A DNA stretch of 64,000 bases, from assembly GCF_001194135.2 (NCBI RefSeq), contig NC_069006.1:164389-228388 (forward strand), in the 5' to 3' direction. The position numbers were made by a program, and so were the translations under genes. Origin of the DNA: Octopus bimaculoides. Taxonomy: Eukaryota. Numbering within the stretch: the stretch's first letter is position 1; the number at the start of each line of letters is the position of its first letter. Shown here piece by piece: positions 59,151 to 64,000 of this stretch. The notes under the pieces are model-generated. The model saw only the letters and a program-made list of their open reading frames with translations. It ran no database searches and was not told the DNA's origin.

Positions 59151-61012
59151 CCCTTTATTTGGCTAATGGGGTATCTATCAAAGTAATTATGTTTCTGCAT
59201 ATAACTTTACCTTGCTCCAGTCTTAACGAAACTGTCCGACGAACAGGAACAAGAAAGTCTGAGTAACAGTTTTTGTGATATTTTTACTGCTTTTTAACAA
59301 AGTATATATATATATGTGTGTGTGTGTGTGGAGAAAGAGAGCGAGAGAATAAGCGACACAGAGAGAGTTAACATGAGAGGTGTGGGATGAGTGCACTTGC
59401 TAGGTATGGTGGCAGGCAATAAGTAAATGAACATCACACACACATAGCGAGAGAGAAAGAATTAGAGAGACACAGAAAGATGAGAAGGAGAAGTAAATGA
59501 GAGGAGTTTTAGAAAGGAGAAATTTGTTATATTTTATTTTATTTGAAGGTGATAGATATTTTAAAAATTAGCCTTCATTTCATCATTTTGTATAAGCACC
59601 AGGAAATTTAATAAGAATTAAATTACAATTAATATATGTGCCACATAAAAAGCACCCAGTAGTCTGTAAACCGATTGTTATTAGGGAGGGCCCGTCGAAG
59701 CAGACAATGGAGTCTGGTACAGCTCTCGGCCTTACCCGGCTGAGGTCAAACCCATACCAGCCAGGAAAACAGATGTTTAATGATGAGGATGATTTTGATG
59801 ATGACGGCAACGATTGTATGTATGTCGTATTTCCTGTTATCCCCCATGGTGGCAAAAATATACTTCCAAAGGTACTCGTCATACGACATGTTCGAATAGA
59901 GCTGATATAGATTTGAATAAAAGATTGGGACAAAGCGAATTATTTCCCTTGAACCATTTCTCTTGGATTATTTCCCTTTGATTATCTCCCTTGAATAATT
60001 TCCTTTCCTTCTAAGCTTCCATACATTCTCTGTGAATGTTTGAAAATACTTCTGACCTTGAAAGGAGGTCACACATTTTGTGTGTGAGAAAGGTCACAGG
60101 TAGGAGAAGAAATAAAACTGCCCCTCCCCCATCCACCACCTTCAACCCGGGGCAGTGGTTTAATACAGAATCTAAGGTTCGTCTGTCTTTACGTTCTGAG
60201 TTCAAATTCTGCCGAGGTCGACTTTACCTTTCATCCTTTCGGGGTCGATAAATTAAGTACCAGTTGTGTACGGGGGTCGATCCAATCGACTGCTCCCCTC
60301 CCCCAACATTTCGGGCCTTGTACCTAGAGTAGAAAAGAAAATAGAATCTAAGGGGTCTTAACTATATACCGCAATATATAAGCGTTACCGTTGTTGCCTT
60401 CTTCTTGTTTAGACCTGATCAGCCAGTAGACGCAAGATCTAATAAAGCGCTCCAGCCGTGACTATCTCACTTTCTTTTGTGATGTACTTTCTATGAAGGG
60501 CGAACTTCATTTTCCAAAGTATGTATGAAGTATGTTGTTCTTGCTGTCGTTGTTTAGCCCCAGGTCAGTCCTGATCCCAAAGTCCTACAGGAAAAGATGC
60601 CCCAAGCTGTTTCTTTTCCCAAGACACAGAAACAAGGAGGATGGGAGGTGGCACTTACACACCTGTACAGCATCCTCTTTGCAGTTCACAAGCATAGGGT
60701 CGTGATTACTTATAGCGTTTTGTCCCAGCCATACCAACCTCGGCCTCTTGGACTTTAGCGTACCCTCCAGTTCGCAATACTAATTTCTATTATATTACAG
60801 GGTTTTTTCCCGAATATAATAAGGCACGATTGAAGAGATATTTGCTTGCTGTTTCAAGCATGAGATCGAGTGACCACCTTAGAAATCCCCGGTGGGGGCC
60901 AGCTGTGACAGCTAGAATGATGTCATCTGCCTTTTATCTTTCATCTTGCACTTGTCGGGTTGAGTTTTGTACGAGAGAGAGAGGGGGGAAGGAGAGAGAA
61001 GGTGAGAGTGTT

Positions 61013-61043
<31 letters not shown>

Positions 61044-61135
61044 GAGAGAGAGAGAGAAGTGGGCAAGAAAGAGAAAACAATTTACTGCATCTGAGTTCTG
61101 ACGAGAGCAGAGAGAGAGAGAGAGAGGGGAGGAGG

Positions 61136-61166
<31 letters not shown>

Positions 61167-61439
61167 TGTATAGTACAGGCTTCCATACAGTTTCTATCTC
61201 CCAAATACTCTCACAAGGCATTAGCAGTCAGCTCGGTACTTTAGTAGAAGACACTTGGCCGAGGTGCCACGCACTGGGACCGAAACCGAAACTATATGGA
61301 TGCACAGCTGAAAAAATTAAAAGAACCACCAAAAATCGGGATGGTCATGACTGGAATGCTGGATCAGAGCTAACGTTGGGTTGAACAACAGCAGTAATGG
61401 CAACGTATGCTGTATTTCGATAAGCGTTACATACATGGA

Positions 61440-61880
61440 AGTAGGTTGTGTGGTCAAGAAGCCCGCACCTAAACCGCATGGCTCCGGGTTCAGTCCCTCT
61501 CCATGGCACCTTGGTTAAGTGTCTTGTTTGACAGCTCCAGGACACCAATCAAATACTTGTGACTGGATTTGGTTTATGGAAACTGAAAGAAACCCGCTTA
61601 GGTGTGTGTATATGTGTGTGTGTATGTACATATGTGTATGTGTATGTGTGTATGCATCTATGTATGTGTGTGTGTGTGTGTGTGTGTGTATATCTTTGTG
61701 TATGTTCTCACACACCACTTGACAATCAATATTGGTTTGTTTACGTCCACGTAGCATATCGCTTCGGCCTAAGAGAACGATCGAAGAAATACCAGTTGTT
61801 AATAGGAAATCACCATTGGGTTTGATTTGTTCGACTTAAACCACGAATGCAGTGCCCCAGGATGGCCGCAGTACAAAGAA
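61440..61880 (+). mobile_element. SINE family A, near full length
   Basis: Head, core and tail all present. Confidence 0.75.
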
Positions 61881-62099
61881 ACGAAAGATGAAAGTGAAGA
61901 TAACTTCATCAGCAAACTATTTTAAACAAGTGAAATGAAAAAAAAAAAAAAACAGTATGAGGAGGGGGGAAAAAACCCCCCTTGAAGCAGCAAGGGAAGT
62001 AACTTTTAAATTTCCAAGGGAAACAACTCGACTATAAACAATTTGATCGAAAAAAAAGCAAAACATTTTTTTCTTTCTCAATGAAAATATTTAAATAAA

Positions 62100-62751
62100 G
62101 AAACAAAAATATAACCCAGAAACGTGTAGGGGCAGCGATTTCGGATTCCTTCTCATTTAGCTCACCTCTCAGCAAGTTGAAATCAGAGTCAAGTGACCAG
62201 GAAAGAATCGGTTTCAGATTATCCGCGAGGAAATCACCGGAAGCGACCCTTATTACAGACACACACACACAAATACATACATACTTATACAACAGGCTTC
62301 TTTCAGTTTCCGTCTACCAAATTCACTCACAAGGCTTTCGTCGACCTAAGGCGATAGCGAAGACACTTACTCAAGGTGCCACTCAGTGGAATTGAACCGA
62401 TGTAAACGACTTGCCCACCTCCCTTTCTCTATATATTGCTGTGTGGGAAGAAGCTTCCTTTCCAACCACATTGGCTGGGAAGCAAGCTTCTTCCCACACA
62501 GCCCCGCGGCGCCGATCATATAATCAACATTTTTTTCTCCATATATCCTGGTGTTGGATAAATAATTTAACGAAGCGGCAGGGAAAGAAGGTGTTGATAC
62601 GACGCACCACGATCACCGTTACACAAAGGCTAAACGCTCTCAGTGAACGGCTCGCAGTGTCCCGCTGACTCCTCGAATGCTCACCATTTTTTATAGCAAC
62701 GTGTCAATCCACTTTTAGTCACTTGGCGGGGGTGGTCGGAAGCCTTCCACA
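62100..62751 (-). promoter_or_regulatory. Second CpG-rich candidate promoter with two possible minus-strand first exons
   Basis: CpG retention, ETS-type CCGGAAG at 62237-62243, donors GAG|GTGAGC (62166) and ATG|GTGAGC (62685). Confidence 0.4.
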
Positions 62752-63312
62752 NNNNNNNNNNNNNNNNNNNNNNNNNNNNNNNNNNNNNNNNNNNNNNNNN
62801 NNNNNNNNNNNNNNNNNNNNNNNNNNNNNNNNNNNNNNNNNNNNNNNNNNNNNNNNNNNNNNNNNNNNNNNNNNNNNNNNNNNNNNNNNNNNNNNNNNNN
62901 NNNNNNNNNNNNNNNNNNNNNNNNNNNNNNNNNNNNNNNNNNNNNNNNNNNNNNNNNNNNNNNNNNNNNNNNNNNNNNNNNNNNNNNNNNNNNNNNNNNN
63001 NNNNNNNNNNNNNNNNNNNNNNNNNNNNNNNNNNNNNNNNNNNNNNNNNNNNNNNNNNNNNNNNNNNNNNNNNNNNNNNNNNNNNNNNNNNNNNNNNNNN
63101 NNNNNNNNNNNNNNNNNNNNNNNNNNNNNNNNNNNNNNNNNNNNNNNNNNNNNNNNNNNNNNNNNNNNNNNNNNNNNNNNNNNNNNNNNNNNNNNNNNNN
63201 NNNNNNNNNNNNNNNNNNNNNNNNNNNNNNNNNNNNNNNNNNNNNNNNNNNNNNNNNNNNNNNNNNNNNNNNNNNNNNNNNNNNNNNNNNNNNNNNNNNN
63301 NNNNNNNNNNNN

Positions 63313-63370
<58 letters not shown>

Positions 63371-63884
63371 ATGTATATGTTGCTTATTTATATGAATATA
63401 CAATTACTGTATATTTACAGGTTATGCAGATACAACATGGATTTTCTTGAGCCTTTCCGGATTACTGACTCTTTTTATTAACCAGGGGTGGTCACCTTGC
63501 TCATCACACTTTAAATAACACAAATGCTAAATTTATTCAATTAATTGAAATACAGGTACCTGTACATTAGTGTAAATAAATACAGCTTATAAGAGATTCC
63601 GGGCCATTACTGTCCAGAAAGTCAGTGTTGTGCCTGTATTTTGAGATCTTGAAATTTATTGACGATTCGATGAGGAAATTTTGTAGACATGGATGTGTGA
63701 TTGCGAAGCTCGCTTCTCAACCACGTGGTTCCAGGATCATTTCAGTAGCACATCACTTTGGGCAAGTGTATTCTACTATAGCCCCCCCCCCTCCCCAGGC
63801 CTATCAGTGTAATGTGAGTAAATTTGACCTACGGAAACTGAATGGAAGTCCGTCGTAAGGCTATATATAAGTGTACCTGAGAAG

Positions 63885-64000
63885 GCGCCGAGCTGGCGGA
63901 ATCGTTAGCAGGCCGGGCGAAATGCTTAGCGGTATTTCGTCTGCCGTTACAGTCTGAGTTCAAATTCCGCCGGGGTCGATTAAATAAGTACCAGTTACGC
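63885..64000 (+). mobile_element. SINE family B head with CpGs intact (similar at 52540-52700, 53395-53520, 60170-60335)
   Basis: GGCGCCGAGCTGGCGGAATCGTTAGC...GAGTTCAAATTCCGCCG. Confidence 0.8.

Overview
Repeat-rich, gapped animal genomic DNA. The SINE and microsatellite content suggests an octopus/coleoid cephalopod (inference). The window holds one complete protein-coding gene, mitofusin (MFN1/2, Marf orthologue), on the minus strand. I assembled it by hand from 17 GT-AG coding exons (41657 down to 5049) that join in frame into 2247 nt, giving 748 aa plus stop. There are candidate 5' leader exons at ~55 kb and ~62 kb. The rest is SINEs, RTE/L1/Penelope retrotransposon fragments, DNA-transposon remnants and MITEs (maT DD37D, mariner, hAT, piggyBac-like, Helentron-like), microsatellites and N-gaps. 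The most unusual object is a small family of palindromic insertions with 12-13 bp target-site duplications. The most complete copy (16596-17098) joins two divergent tRNA-like Pol III heads, each followed by a minimal type I hammerhead ribozyme; others lie at ~25.3, ~51 and ~59 kb. Other leads are a CpG-rich intronic candidate promoter with an in-frame alternative first exon (a GTPase-truncated mitofusin), a candidate alternative last exon, leader uORFs, and a PHD finger inside an RTE ORF.
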